From contig NC_003551.1 of NCBI RefSeq assembly GCF_000007185.1, positions 390,001 through 422,000 of the forward strand: DNA of 32,000 nucleotides. The letters are read 5' to 3'. Under the pieces are notes generated by a model, which was given only the letters and a program-made list of their open reading frames with translations, ran no database searches and was not told the origin of the DNA. The position numbers and the translations under genes are program-made. The stretch is from Methanopyrus kandleri AV19. GTDB lineage: Archaea > JAADCQ01 > Methanopyri > Methanopyrales > Methanopyraceae. Below, one piece after another: positions 8,082 to 16,435 of this stretch. The stretch's first letter is position 1, and every line of letters starts with the position of its first letter.

Positions 8082-9336
8082 AGTGGGAGAACAATACGAC
8101 TCGGACCTACATCTACACTCCCAGTACTCGGGCGGTACCTCACCGAGAATGGTGATACGGGAGATAGCACGAGGAGCCGCCAAGAAAGGCCTAGATCTCG
8201 TCGGCACGGGCGACATACTGCACCCGAAATGGAGGCGCCACGTGCGGAGGGAGCTCGTGGAAGACGAATACGGACTCCTTAAGGAGCCGAAAACCGGTGT
8301 ACTGTTCGTCCCGACGGTAGAGGTTGAAGACGAGCGCCGCGTGCACCATTTAATCATCCTACCATCACTCGATCACGCCGAAGAACTGCACGGAGAACTT
8401 TCCAGGTACTCCGACGACATCGATGCCGAAGGCCGGCCGCATCTGCGCATGACTGGGGCGGAGCTGGCGGATTTACTCAAAGATCACGATTGCCTCTTCG
8501 GACCCGCCCACGCCTTCGTGCCGTGGACGAGCGTTTTCAAAGAGTACGACTCGCTGAGGGAATGCTATGGTAGCGCCATGGACCGTGTGGACTTCGTGGA
8601 ACTCGGACTTTCGGCAGATTCCGATTACGCGGACCGGATATCGGAACTTCACGAGTACACGTTTCTCACGTGCTCCGATGCCCATTCCCCATACCCGCAT
8701 CGTCTGGGCCGCGAGTTCGTGAGGTTCGAGCTAGAGGAGCCGTCGTACGACGTTCTCAAAGCGGCGATCAGAAGGAAACCGGGTGGCCGCGTGGTACTCA
8801 ACGTGGGACTCATCCCCGAGCTGGGTAAGTACAACCGAACCGCCTGTGCTCGGTGCAAGCGCCAGTTCGAGCTCGAGGAGGCAGAACGCCTTAATTGGAG
8901 ATGCCCTGAATGCGGAGGTACGATTAAAAAAGGCGTCCGGGACAGGGTCTTAGAACTGGCTGACCTCGAGAAGCCGAAGCATCCGAACCATAGACCACCT
9001 TACCTCAGAATTATCCCTCTAGCCGAAATAATCGCGAAAGCCCTCGGACTCTCGACTATAACCGCCAAGAAGGTCAGGGCTGTTTGGAACTCGTTGGTCC
9101 GACGCTTCGGTAGTGAAATAGACGTACTAATCGAAACACCGATCGAGGAGATAGCAGAAGTCGATGAGCGGGTTGCTGAACTGCTGAAATCGTTCAGGGA
9201 GGGAACCGTGAACATTCGACCGGGTGGAGGCGGAGAGTACGGGAAAATAATCACGGAAGAGGAATCGGAACGCGAGGAGCCCAGAAGTCGCAAGCCCGTC
9301 CAGCGCACACTCGACGAGCTGATAGGCCGGGGGTGA
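8074..9336 (+). CDS. PHP-domain protein, EndoQ-like endonuclease
   Basis: DLHLHSQYSGGTSPRMV, GTGDILHPKW, FGPAHAFVPWTSVFKEYDS, FLTCSDAHSPYPHRLGREF, zinc cluster CARCKRQFELEEAERLNWRCPEC. Confidence 0.88.
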   Translation: MSEVGEQYDSDLHLHSQYSGGTSPRMVIREIARGAAKKGLDLVGTGDILHPKWRRHVRRELVEDEYGLLKEPKTGVLFVPTVEVEDERRVHHLIILPSLDHAEELHGELSRYSDDIDAEGRPHLRMTGAELADLLKDHDCLFGPAHAFVPWTSVFKEYDSLRECYGSAMDRVDFVELGLSADSDYADRISELHEYTFLTCSDAHSPYPHRLGREFVRFELEEPSYDVLKAAIRRKPGGRVVLNVGLIPELGKYNRTACARCKRQFELEEAERLNWRCPECGGTIKKGVRDRVLELADLEKPKHPNHRPPYLRIIPLAEIIAKALGLSTITAKKVRAVWNSLVRRFGSEIDVLIETPIEEIAEVDERVAELLKSFREGTVNIRPGGGGEYGKIITEEESEREEPRSRKPVQRTLDELIGRG

Positions 9337-10784
9337 CAAGACTGTTTTTCAGGCGACGAAGCGTGGAATCCTTCGCGGAGAGAATCGAAGTCAAGGTAGG
9401 GGTGGAAGAGGAGCTTTTCCTCATCGACCGGGACGGATCACTGACTCGGGCTGCAGACGATGTAATCGTGAAGGCGGCGGAGCTGTTGGAGTCAGACTCG
9501 AATCTCCTAGAGGATTGCTGGCGAACCGTTCTGGGGTTGGATCCCGAACCCAATCCGGCCCAAATCGAATACCTGACCCAGCCTTTACCTCCCGATGAAG
9601 TGATCGAGGCCTGTGAGATAGGCAGGGAACTCATAAAGAAAGCCGCCGAGGAGTTGGGACTACAGGTTATGTTAGAAAGTATGCATCCTTTCGAGAGCGA
9701 CCCGCTACCTATTAACGGAACCCACATCAACGTGATGGTGAAACTTAAGGATCAACCGTACATGACTCCAAAGCAGATATTAGTAGTTTACAATTGGTTG
9801 TGGCATAACTTACCAATTATAATCGCAGCAACTGCGAACACACCATATTGCTGTGGCGGAAAAAATCTCGCAGCTAGTTGTCGCCTCCTCAAAAGCAGGG
9901 TACTCAAACCGAATTACTACGCAGCGATAAAGCGTCTGGAGAAGCGCCCATACTTGACGAAAACCCAGTATTATGGAAGGTTGAGGTACAGACTGAGACT
10001 TAGGAAGGATACTGAGTTCGAGGAGCGGGTCGTAGCGCACCCCGACGGTCGAAGGCTCGTGGACATAACCCCCAGAGGACCCGCATCGAACGTCACGGGA
10101 GACGAGAACGACAGCCCGACTAGGAACAGAGTTGAGGTGCGGGTAATCGATAATCAAAAGTCCATGAAATATTTACATGATGTGGTAATGCTTATAGTAG
10201 GATTATCTTTGGAAGCACTATATATATATGAAGTAGAGGGTAAATTACCGCCAAATGATCCTAATCATTTTGATAATAGAAGAGAAGCCATAGAGAAAGG
10301 TATTAACGCTACTTTCGTTATTAACGGTAGGGAAATTGATGCTGAAGACGCCTTACTAAAAATTATAAGTAGAGTAGATAAATTTTTAGAGCATTTGGGA
10401 TTACGTTTCGTATCTCCTCTTAAGAATGGAAAAGTAGAGTTACAAGAGAGGCCAAAACTAAATGTAGAGTATGTACATAAGGATGTCATAAAGTATATCG
10501 GAAATTACGCAGAGGTTATATTAGGGTCGAATAAAACTGTTGAAATTAAAGGGAAAAGGTACACAATTCCGAAAGGTACTAAAGTAATCGGTAAGTTAGT
10601 TCCGATGGCATCTTACAAGTACAGAGTTGATAACAAGGGTTTTGTTAAGGATATAATTAAGGGCGTTGTAACACTCGGAATAAAGCGAAACGGTGTAGAA
10701 ATTCCCTTAGACGAGAGTGACAGAATAGTAAACGTAATGTCAGAGCTGGAGTACTTAATGCGTTCGATGAGGGGATTGTTGTGA
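9333..10784 (+). CDS. GCS2-like carboxylate-amine ligase family protein
   Basis: KVGVEEELFLIDRDGS, PLPINGTHINV, RNRVEVRVIDNQ motifs of the glutamate-cysteine ligase 2-like family. Substrate unknown. Confidence 0.72.
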   Translation: MTRLFFRRRSVESFAERIEVKVGVEEELFLIDRDGSLTRAADDVIVKAAELLESDSNLLEDCWRTVLGLDPEPNPAQIEYLTQPLPPDEVIEACEIGRELIKKAAEELGLQVMLESMHPFESDPLPINGTHINVMVKLKDQPYMTPKQILVVYNWLWHNLPIIIAATANTPYCCGGKNLAASCRLLKSRVLKPNYYAAIKRLEKRPYLTKTQYYGRLRYRLRLRKDTEFEERVVAHPDGRRLVDITPRGPASNVTGDENDSPTRNRVEVRVIDNQKSMKYLHDVVMLIVGLSLEALYIYEVEGKLPPNDPNHFDNRREAIEKGINATFVINGREIDAEDALLKIISRVDKFLEHLGLRFVSPLKNGKVELQERPKLNVEYVHKDVIKYIGNYAEVILGSNKTVEIKGKRYTIPKGTKVIGKLVPMASYKYRVDNKGFVKDIIKGVVTLGIKRNGVEIPLDESDRIVNVMSELEYLMRSMRGLL

Positions 10785-10785
10785 A

Positions 10786-11517
10786 ATGATCATAGACGTG
10801 CATAACCATCTAGGAGAGGATATCGACAGTACAGTTCAAACACCCCAGATGCTGTTGGCAAGGATGGAAGCGGCGGGCGTAGACATCGCGGTAGTGTTTC
10901 CGTTCAATGACGTCGATCCGGGAGTGTGTTTCTCGAAAGCCAATGATCGAATCGCGAAGGCGTGCGAAGAGTACGATGAGTTCGTGGGATTCTGTCGGGT
11001 AGATCCGAACTACGAGGAACGCGCCGTAGAAGAAGTGGAAAGATGCATAGAGGAGCTGGGGCTTAAAGGCGTAAAACTCCATCCCCGGAGCCAGTCGTTT
11101 TACCCCGACGATCCCGAGGCCGTGAAGGTCGTTGAAAAAGCCGCAGACCTGGGAGTACCCGTGATACTCCACACTGCACGCGGTGAACCGTTCTCCGATC
11201 CCGTCCGCGTCGGTAAGTTAGCGGAGGAAGTTCCTGACGTTCAGCTGATCATGGCGCATATGGGTAAGGAGCTAGGATATGATGCGGCGATTGAAGTAGC
11301 GGAAAACTACGAGAATGTTTACCTCGAAGTATCGTTGGTAAAAGACCCCAAAGTAATTGAGAAGACGGCCGAACGTGTGGGTGATGATCGGATAATTTTC
11401 GGGTCTGATTCACCTTATGGTAGCCCATCAGTACAACTTGAAATCGTAAAAGAAGCGGATGTTAATCACGATAAAATCTTGGAGGAAAATGCTGCAAATA
11501 TATTGGGGTTGCGGTGA
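10786..11517 (+). CDS. Amidohydrolase-family metal-dependent hydrolase (TIM barrel)
   Basis: MIIDVHNHLG, CRVDPNYEERAVEEVERCIEELGLKGVKLHPRSQSFYPDD, VPVILHTA, LIMAHMG, RIIFGSDSPYGSP. Confidence 0.9.
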   Translation: MIIDVHNHLGEDIDSTVQTPQMLLARMEAAGVDIAVVFPFNDVDPGVCFSKANDRIAKACEEYDEFVGFCRVDPNYEERAVEEVERCIEELGLKGVKLHPRSQSFYPDDPEAVKVVEKAADLGVPVILHTARGEPFSDPVRVGKLAEEVPDVQLIMAHMGKELGYDAAIEVAENYENVYLEVSLVKDPKVIEKTAERVGDDRIIFGSDSPYGSPSVQLEIVKEADVNHDKILEENAANILGLR

Positions 11518-11520
11518 AGA

Positions 11521-12249
11521 TTGCTTCGTACAAAGGTTATAGAGTTAGTTTTACATGATGGACCAATAACTGTCGATGAAATTTCAAAGAAGTTAAAAAT
11601 TGATTCAGAGTCGGTATTAAAGATAGTTCGAACTACTCCTGATTTGAAACTAGAAGATGGGAAGGTCAGCGCCCAGATGGGTATTAACGGATATATAGAA
11701 CTCACCGGGACGCGGCCAGTGCTGATAACAGCACCTCACGCTCAAGGTCCAGGTGCGGATGTATTTACGGGTGAGATCGCGTGGAAGGTGGCCCAAGCTA
11801 CCGGAGCGTACGCTTTAGTGGCCACCGTCAGCAGGCGAGCCAAGCTGGAAGACGGGAACCCGGCGGATTACAACCGCGAGTGGGCCCGGAACACTCCATT
11901 TCGGCGTCGCATCGACGAGCTAATCAAAAGGTACGGCGTTCGGTTCATAATCGACGTGCACGGGATGGAGTCCGATCCAGTGCGACCGGACGTAGACTTG
12001 GGGACCTTAGGTGGCCGATCCGCGAAAGGGAAGCTCGTATCCAAGATTGTGAAGCGGTTGGAAGAGGCCGGTTTCGACGTAGGATTCGAACAGGAATTCC
12101 AAGGTGGGGACATACTCGAGTACCATTGCGACGGAGAGCGTGTTCAAGGCGTTCAACTGGAGCTCTCCGAGGAGCTAAGGGAGTTAGGAGAATATAGAGC
12201 CATACAGGCTGTACTCGTGGTCGTTAATACAGTACTGGAGGAGGTGTAA
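11521..12249 (+). CDS. N-formylglutamate amidohydrolase-like protein with N-terminal HTH-like domain
   Basis: N-terminus VIELVLHDGPITVDEISKKLKIDSESVLKIVRTT resembles a winged HTH; C-terminal part has VLITAPHAQGPGADVFTGEIAW, NREWARNTPFRRRID, IIDVHGM, VQLELSEELR. Confidence 0.75.
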   Translation: MLRTKVIELVLHDGPITVDEISKKLKIDSESVLKIVRTTPDLKLEDGKVSAQMGINGYIELTGTRPVLITAPHAQGPGADVFTGEIAWKVAQATGAYALVATVSRRAKLEDGNPADYNREWARNTPFRRRIDELIKRYGVRFIIDVHGMESDPVRPDVDLGTLGGRSAKGKLVSKIVKRLEEAGFDVGFEQEFQGGDILEYHCDGERVQGVQLELSEELRELGEYRAIQAVLVVVNTVLEEV

Positions 12250-12253
12250 TACC

Positions 12254-12685
12254 ATGGTAGCGGTGGTGTTGGTCGGGCACGGGAGCCGGCTTCCCTACAG
12301 TCGGCAAGTCGTCGAAAAAATCGCTGAATACGTCGAAGAGATGGGCGACTTCGAGACCGTCGAAGTAGGTTTCATGGAGCTATGTGAGCCTACCGTTCAG
12401 GAAGCCGTAAAGAAGGCGGCAGAGTCCGGTGTCGACAAGATAGTCGTCGTACCGGTGTTCCTGGCCCACGGTGTGCATACGAAGAGAGATATCCCGAAGA
12501 TGCTAGGGCTGGAACCGGAGTGGGACGATGACGAAGACGACCACGACCATCATCACCACCATCACCGCGACTACACGCCCGTAGACGTAGACGCGGAAAT
12601 AGTGTACGCGGAGCCGCTCGGGGCTGATCCCAGAATCGCCGAGATAGTCATCGATAGGATCAAAGAGGCGCTAGGCGAGGAATAA
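12254..12685 (+). CDS. cfbA: Sirohydrochlorin nickel/cobalt chelatase (CbiX-short/CfbA)
   Basis: VVLVGHGSRLPYSRQVVEKI, VVPVFLAHGVHTKRDIP, His-rich insertion DDDEDDHDHHHHHHRD. Confidence 0.93.
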   Translation: MVAVVLVGHGSRLPYSRQVVEKIAEYVEEMGDFETVEVGFMELCEPTVQEAVKKAAESGVDKIVVVPVFLAHGVHTKRDIPKMLGLEPEWDDDEDDHDHHHHHHRDYTPVDVDAEIVYAEPLGADPRIAEIVIDRIKEALGEE

Positions 12686-12698
12686 CCGGGGCCTCCGC

Positions 12699-13346
12699 TT
12701 GATCATCGCCACTCTTACAGGCAGAACCATCGAGGATATGGTGGAACTGGCTATAGAAGCCGTAGAGCAGGGTGCGGACGCTCTGGAGGTCAGGCTCGAT
12801 TACTTGGAGAACTTAGACATGTCGACGGCGCTCAGAGCCGTGCGAGAGTGTACTAGGTACGAACGCGTAGTGGCGACGCTCCGACGCGAAGAGGAGGGAG
12901 GACTGTACAAAGGCGATGAAGATCGGAGGCTCGAAATCCTGGAGCGGGTGTCCTCCGAGGCCGACTACGTGGACTTGGAGCTCGACGTAGCGGAGGAAGA
13001 GATCATAAGCCCGTCCTGTGAGACGATCGTGTCGTACCACAACTTCGAAAATACGCCGCCTAAGGAGGAGCTGATCGGCATCAGGGACCGGTGCGCCGAA
13101 TTAGGAGACGTTGCGAAGGTCGTCACTATGGCCAGGGGACACGAAGACGCACTGCGGATCCTGGAAGTAGTACGAACGGCAGAAGCACCCACTATAGGAT
13201 TCGCGATGGGAGAGGAGGCCAAGTACACCAGGGTAGTGAGTGTTCTGATCGGCGGGTTCGCGACTTACGCCGCTGTGAGGAAGAAAGCGGCACCAGGGCA
13301 GCTGACGGTCGAGGAGACACGCAAGTTGCTGGAACTACTCGGTTAG
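12699..13346 (+). CDS. aroD: 3-dehydroquinate dehydratase, type I
   Basis: ALEVRLDYLENL, VATLRREEEGGLYKGDEDRRLEIL, VDLELDV, VSYHNFENTP, VVTMARGHEDALRIL. Confidence 0.95.
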   Translation: MIIATLTGRTIEDMVELAIEAVEQGADALEVRLDYLENLDMSTALRAVRECTRYERVVATLRREEEGGLYKGDEDRRLEILERVSSEADYVDLELDVAEEEIISPSCETIVSYHNFENTPPKEELIGIRDRCAELGDVAKVVTMARGHEDALRILEVVRTAEAPTIGFAMGEEAKYTRVVSVLIGGFATYAAVRKKAAPGQLTVEETRKLLELLG

Positions 13347-14072
13347 CCGCTCGAGGATCTCCTCCGCCGCTTTCTTCCCTGACTCGAGCATCCCGCCGAA
13401 GATGGGCCCCATCCTGTACGCGCCTTTCACCGCCGACGCTGCCATGCCGGCGACGAACAGTCCGGGCTTCACCTCCTGGGTATGCTTCACTACGAGTTCT
13501 TCCCCGCGCTCAGCCCACATGGGCCCCTCGCCCTTCACTTCGATGCCCGCTAGCTTGCAGACTGCAGCCTCGTGTCCGGTCGCGTCTACAGTATACTCGG
13601 CTTCGAGAGCTAGCGGGTCGACGTGCATGTTGGCAGCTTTCACCGCCGTCCAGTTCACCACTACCCCACACACCCTTCCGCGGCGCTCGATGACGTCCTC
13701 AACCTCTATACCTACTAGGATCCTAGCTCCGGCCTCAAGGGCCGCGTTCGCTAGCTTAATGGCGGCTTCGACGGGGTTGAACGCTAGGAGACCTGCCTCA
13801 GCGGGACGGAGTTCGACTCCGACTTCTTCCAGCACCTCAGCGGTTTCTTCCATGATAACGCCCGCTGGGAACAGCATTCCTCCGCCGGTCATGCCGCCTC
13901 CCACGTACAGTTTCCGCTCCACTATTGTAACGTCGACGTCGCTCTTCGCGAGCTCGTAGGCGCAGGTCAGTCCGGCCGGCCCTGCTCCTACTACGATGAC
14001 GTCACTCTCGGAGCAATCGTTAATGAATTCATAACCTTCCCTAAGAACAATAGGGGTGATTTCCCTCTCCAC
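13335..14072 (-). CDS. Thi4-like thiazole synthase family protein (archaeal)
   Basis: VIVVGAGPAGLTCAYELAKSDVDVTIVERKLYVGGGMTGGGMLFP, VNWTAVKAANMHVDPLALEAEYTVDATGHEA, GPIFGGMLESGKKAAE. Confidence 0.93.
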   Translation of the reverse strand: MEREITPIVLREGYEFINDCSESDVIVVGAGPAGLTCAYELAKSDVDVTIVERKLYVGGGMTGGGMLFPAGVIMEETAEVLEEVGVELRPAEAGLLAFNPVEAAIKLANAALEAGARILVGIEVEDVIERRGRVCGVVVNWTAVKAANMHVDPLALEAEYTVDATGHEAAVCKLAGIEVKGEGPMWAERGEELVVKHTQEVKPGLFVAGMAASAVKGAYRMGPIFGGMLESGKKAAEEILERLTE

Positions 14073-14094
14073 GCGTATGGACCCCTGAGAGGGT

Positions 14095-14466
14095 TTACTC
14101 GGAGGAGAGCTCCCGTAATCGGCTTTCCAACCGTTCGATTTTGCGACGGATGTCGTTACGGAACTCGTTAAACCTCTGTTCTAGTTCATTCAGCTTACGG
14201 TCGAGAGCGTCGACACGCTTCTCGACCTTTTCGACGTCTTCGGTCGTGGCCAAGCCCCAGCTGTCGATAAGCTCCTCCACGCGACACTCGATCAGCTCGT
14301 CGACCTTTTTGGTTATGACGTCTGACCTAGTAGTCAAGGAAATCTTGTCGCGAAGCATCGAGAGACCCTCCCCTTCAGGAACCTCCCGACTGCGAACTAT
14401 GAGCGCGATCGCAACGATAATAGCTAGCGTGAGTACGCCAACTGCTACGAACTCGGCTATCGTCAT
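14095..14466 (-). CDS. Small membrane-anchored coiled-coil protein
   Basis: N-terminal TM (VAVGVLTLAIIVAIALIV) and C-terminal heptad-rich region (VEKVEKRVDALDRKLNELEQRFNEFRNDIRRKIERLESRLREL). Confidence 0.7.
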   Translation of the reverse strand: MTIAEFVAVGVLTLAIIVAIALIVRSREVPEGEGLSMLRDKISLTTRSDVITKKVDELIECRVEELIDSWGLATTEDVEKVEKRVDALDRKLNELEQRFNEFRNDIRRKIERLESRLRELSSE

Positions 14467-14861
14467 TCATTCTCACCGCCTCTAACATCTCCCTCCACGC
14501 GCTCTAGGTCCTTCAAGATCTTCTCGAGACGCTTTAATTCGGTTTCGAGTTCGACCACGGTCAACCGAGTCTCAACGTCCATATATTTTTCCGCCAAGCG
14601 TGTGAGCAGCGAGCGGATTTCACCCACTCGCTTCATCAGACGCGTGTCTTCCGGGAGGTAAAACAACAGATCCAAGAGCTTTCGACGCTCGAGGTCCGCC
14701 CTGACGAGCTCGACCTTCTCACGTTCGACCTTCAGTTCGAGTTCCCTGATACGTAGCTTCTTCGAGTAAGTTTTGAGGGCTATGAGAACTATTATCACGG
14801 CCGCGGTCGAGCCGATGAGTACGGAGACGACCATAGGTTGCAGCAGGACCTCCGCGAGCAA
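14463..14861 (-). CDS. Small membrane-anchored coiled-coil protein
   Basis: N-terminal TM (VVSVLIGSTAAVIIVLIAL) and two charged helical stretches; 4-nt overlap with the downstream gene. Confidence 0.7.
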   Translation of the reverse strand: MLAEVLLQPMVVSVLIGSTAAVIIVLIALKTYSKKLRIRELELKVEREKVELVRADLERRKLLDLLFYLPEDTRLMKRVGEIRSLLTRLAEKYMDVETRLTVVELETELKRLEKILKDLERVEGDVRGGENE

Positions 14862-14864
14862 CCT

Positions 14865-15650
14865 TTATCCCCGCAGGGCACGCCGGAGCTCCTTGATAAC
14901 GTTTTCCGCAGCGTCCAAGTCTCCGGTGACGTCGGTCGTCAGAGGTGTGATTACTATGGAGCCCCGCTGGAGTTCGTACAGGTCGGTTCCCTCGGGCGGA
15001 TCTTGGATAATCTCGCCGTCGATCCAGTAGTATCGACGCCCACGCGGATCGTATCGTTTTTCTATTCTGGGCCGGTACATCGTGAAAGCTAATGGAACCA
15101 CTTTAATTTCGCCGTTCCAGCGATCCGGATCCGGCACGTTGACGTTCAAGACACCTTCCCAATTCGCCCCTCGAATCGCTTCGAGCAGGGCCTTCAAGAC
15201 TCTGATGGCCAAGGTGAAGTCGACGTTCTTGGCGTTGTTGTCCACGCGTGCTCTGGCGTCACGGACCTCTTGCGAGATCGCTATGGCCGGAATGCCGTTC
15301 CCGTAAGCTTCCAGCGCTGCGCCGACGGTCCCCGAGGTCGTGACGTCAGCGCTGACGTTCTCTCCGAGGTTGATCCCCGAGACCACCAAATCGGGTGGCT
15401 CATCCATGATAGAGAACGCTCCGATGAGGACGGCGTCCGCCGGCGTACCGGAGATCGCGAGCGCGTCGACGCCTTCTACCTCTATCTCTTCCACCCGCAC
15501 TGGCTCGAGTAAAGAGATACTGCGCCCTACACCACTTTGCTGCGTCGCGGGAGCTACTACGGTAACTTCACCGACACTCCTGCAGGCGCGGACGGCCGCT
15601 CGGAGACCGGGAGAGGCTATGCCGTCGTCGTTGGTGATCAGTATTCTCAC
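14865..15650 (-). CDS. surE: 5'-nucleotidase SurE
   Basis: VRILITNDDGIASPGLRAAVRA, VVAPATQQSGVGRSISL, PPDLVVSGINLGENVSADVTTSGTVGAALEA. The GTG at 15650 fits the family start better than the listed start at 15671. Confidence 0.95.
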   Translation of the reverse strand: MRILITNDDGIASPGLRAAVRACRSVGEVTVVAPATQQSGVGRSISLLEPVRVEEIEVEGVDALAISGTPADAVLIGAFSIMDEPPDLVVSGINLGENVSADVTTSGTVGAALEAYGNGIPAIAISQEVRDARARVDNNAKNVDFTLAIRVLKALLEAIRGANWEGVLNVNVPDPDRWNGEIKVVPLAFTMYRPRIEKRYDPRGRRYYWIDGEIIQDPPEGTDLYELQRGSIVITPLTTDVTGDLDAAENVIKELRRALRG

Positions 15651-16407
15651 GCCAATCACCCCGCAGTTCACCCTTGTACACGATCTCAGCCCTCCCTATC
15701 AGCAGCGGTCCGTCGGAAAGCGACACGCGCAGGCAGCCTCCGGCCGTCCGGACACTCACTTCCTCGAACGGTCCGAAGATCTCTGAGTACACCAGAGAAG
15801 CCGCGACGACTCCGGACCCGCAAGCCGGCGTCCAGCCGACGCCACGCTCGAACGTCCTGACTCTCAGCTCGTCCACCGAAGGTGCTGCGTAGGTTACGTT
15901 AACGCCTCCCTTCGGTTCATATTCGGAAAAAATAGTCTTGGCCTCGTCGGTCAGGCCTCCGAAATCATGAATCGGGTCCCGCTCAGTGAGCCGGACGAAA
16001 TGGGGGACACCAGCGTCCACCTCGTAACCTAACTCGACCACCTTCTTGATCTCGGCTTCGGGCACCTCGACGGCGATCCAACCTCCCTGCACCTCAACCC
16101 GATGGGCTCCGGATAACGTTCTCAAGATCTTAACGTTCTCTCCCCGTACCTCCGTCACGTACTTCACGACACACCGCGCGGCGTTCCCACAGAACTCGGC
16201 CTCGGAGCCGTCCCGGTTGAATATCCTCATCTCTACGCTCGGAGGATCGGAACGTATGAACACCACGCCGTCGGCACCTACGCCGGACCGCCGGTCACAC
16301 GCCCACCTCGCGAAGTCGGGCTTATCACTCTCGGGAACCACTTCTTCCTCTGTTTCATCGACTAAGACGAAGTCGTTCCGAGCGCCATGGACTTTCCAGA
16401 ATTGCAT
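15568..16407 (-). CDS. dapF: Diaminopimelate epimerase
   Basis: MQFWKVHGARNDFVLVDE, FCGNAARCVVKY, GVPHFV, FERGVGWTPACGSGVVAASLV. Listed start at 16455 is overextended; C-terminus overlaps surE. Confidence 0.93.
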   Translation of the reverse strand: MQFWKVHGARNDFVLVDETEEEVVPESDKPDFARWACDRRSGVGADGVVFIRSDPPSVEMRIFNRDGSEAEFCGNAARCVVKYVTEVRGENVKILRTLSGAHRVEVQGGWIAVEVPEAEIKKVVELGYEVDAGVPHFVRLTERDPIHDFGGLTDEAKTIFSEYEPKGGVNVTYAAPSVDELRVRTFERGVGWTPACGSGVVAASLVYSEIFGPFEEVSVRTAGGCLRVSLSDGPLLIGRAEIVYKGELRGDWRENTDHQRRRHSLSRSPSGRPRLQECR

Positions 16408-16435
16408 GGTACTTCCCCCAGGTAGTGGCAGGGTT

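Noticed and set aside
10170-11690. AT-rich patches interpreted as an integrated mobile element or provirus
   Set aside because: No integrase, tRNA target or terminal repeats; the patches lie inside continuous metabolic ORFs.
12540-12580. Imperfect CAC/CAT-rich tandem run resembling a microsatellite
   Set aside because: Fully explained as the His-rich loop coding sequence of the chelatase.
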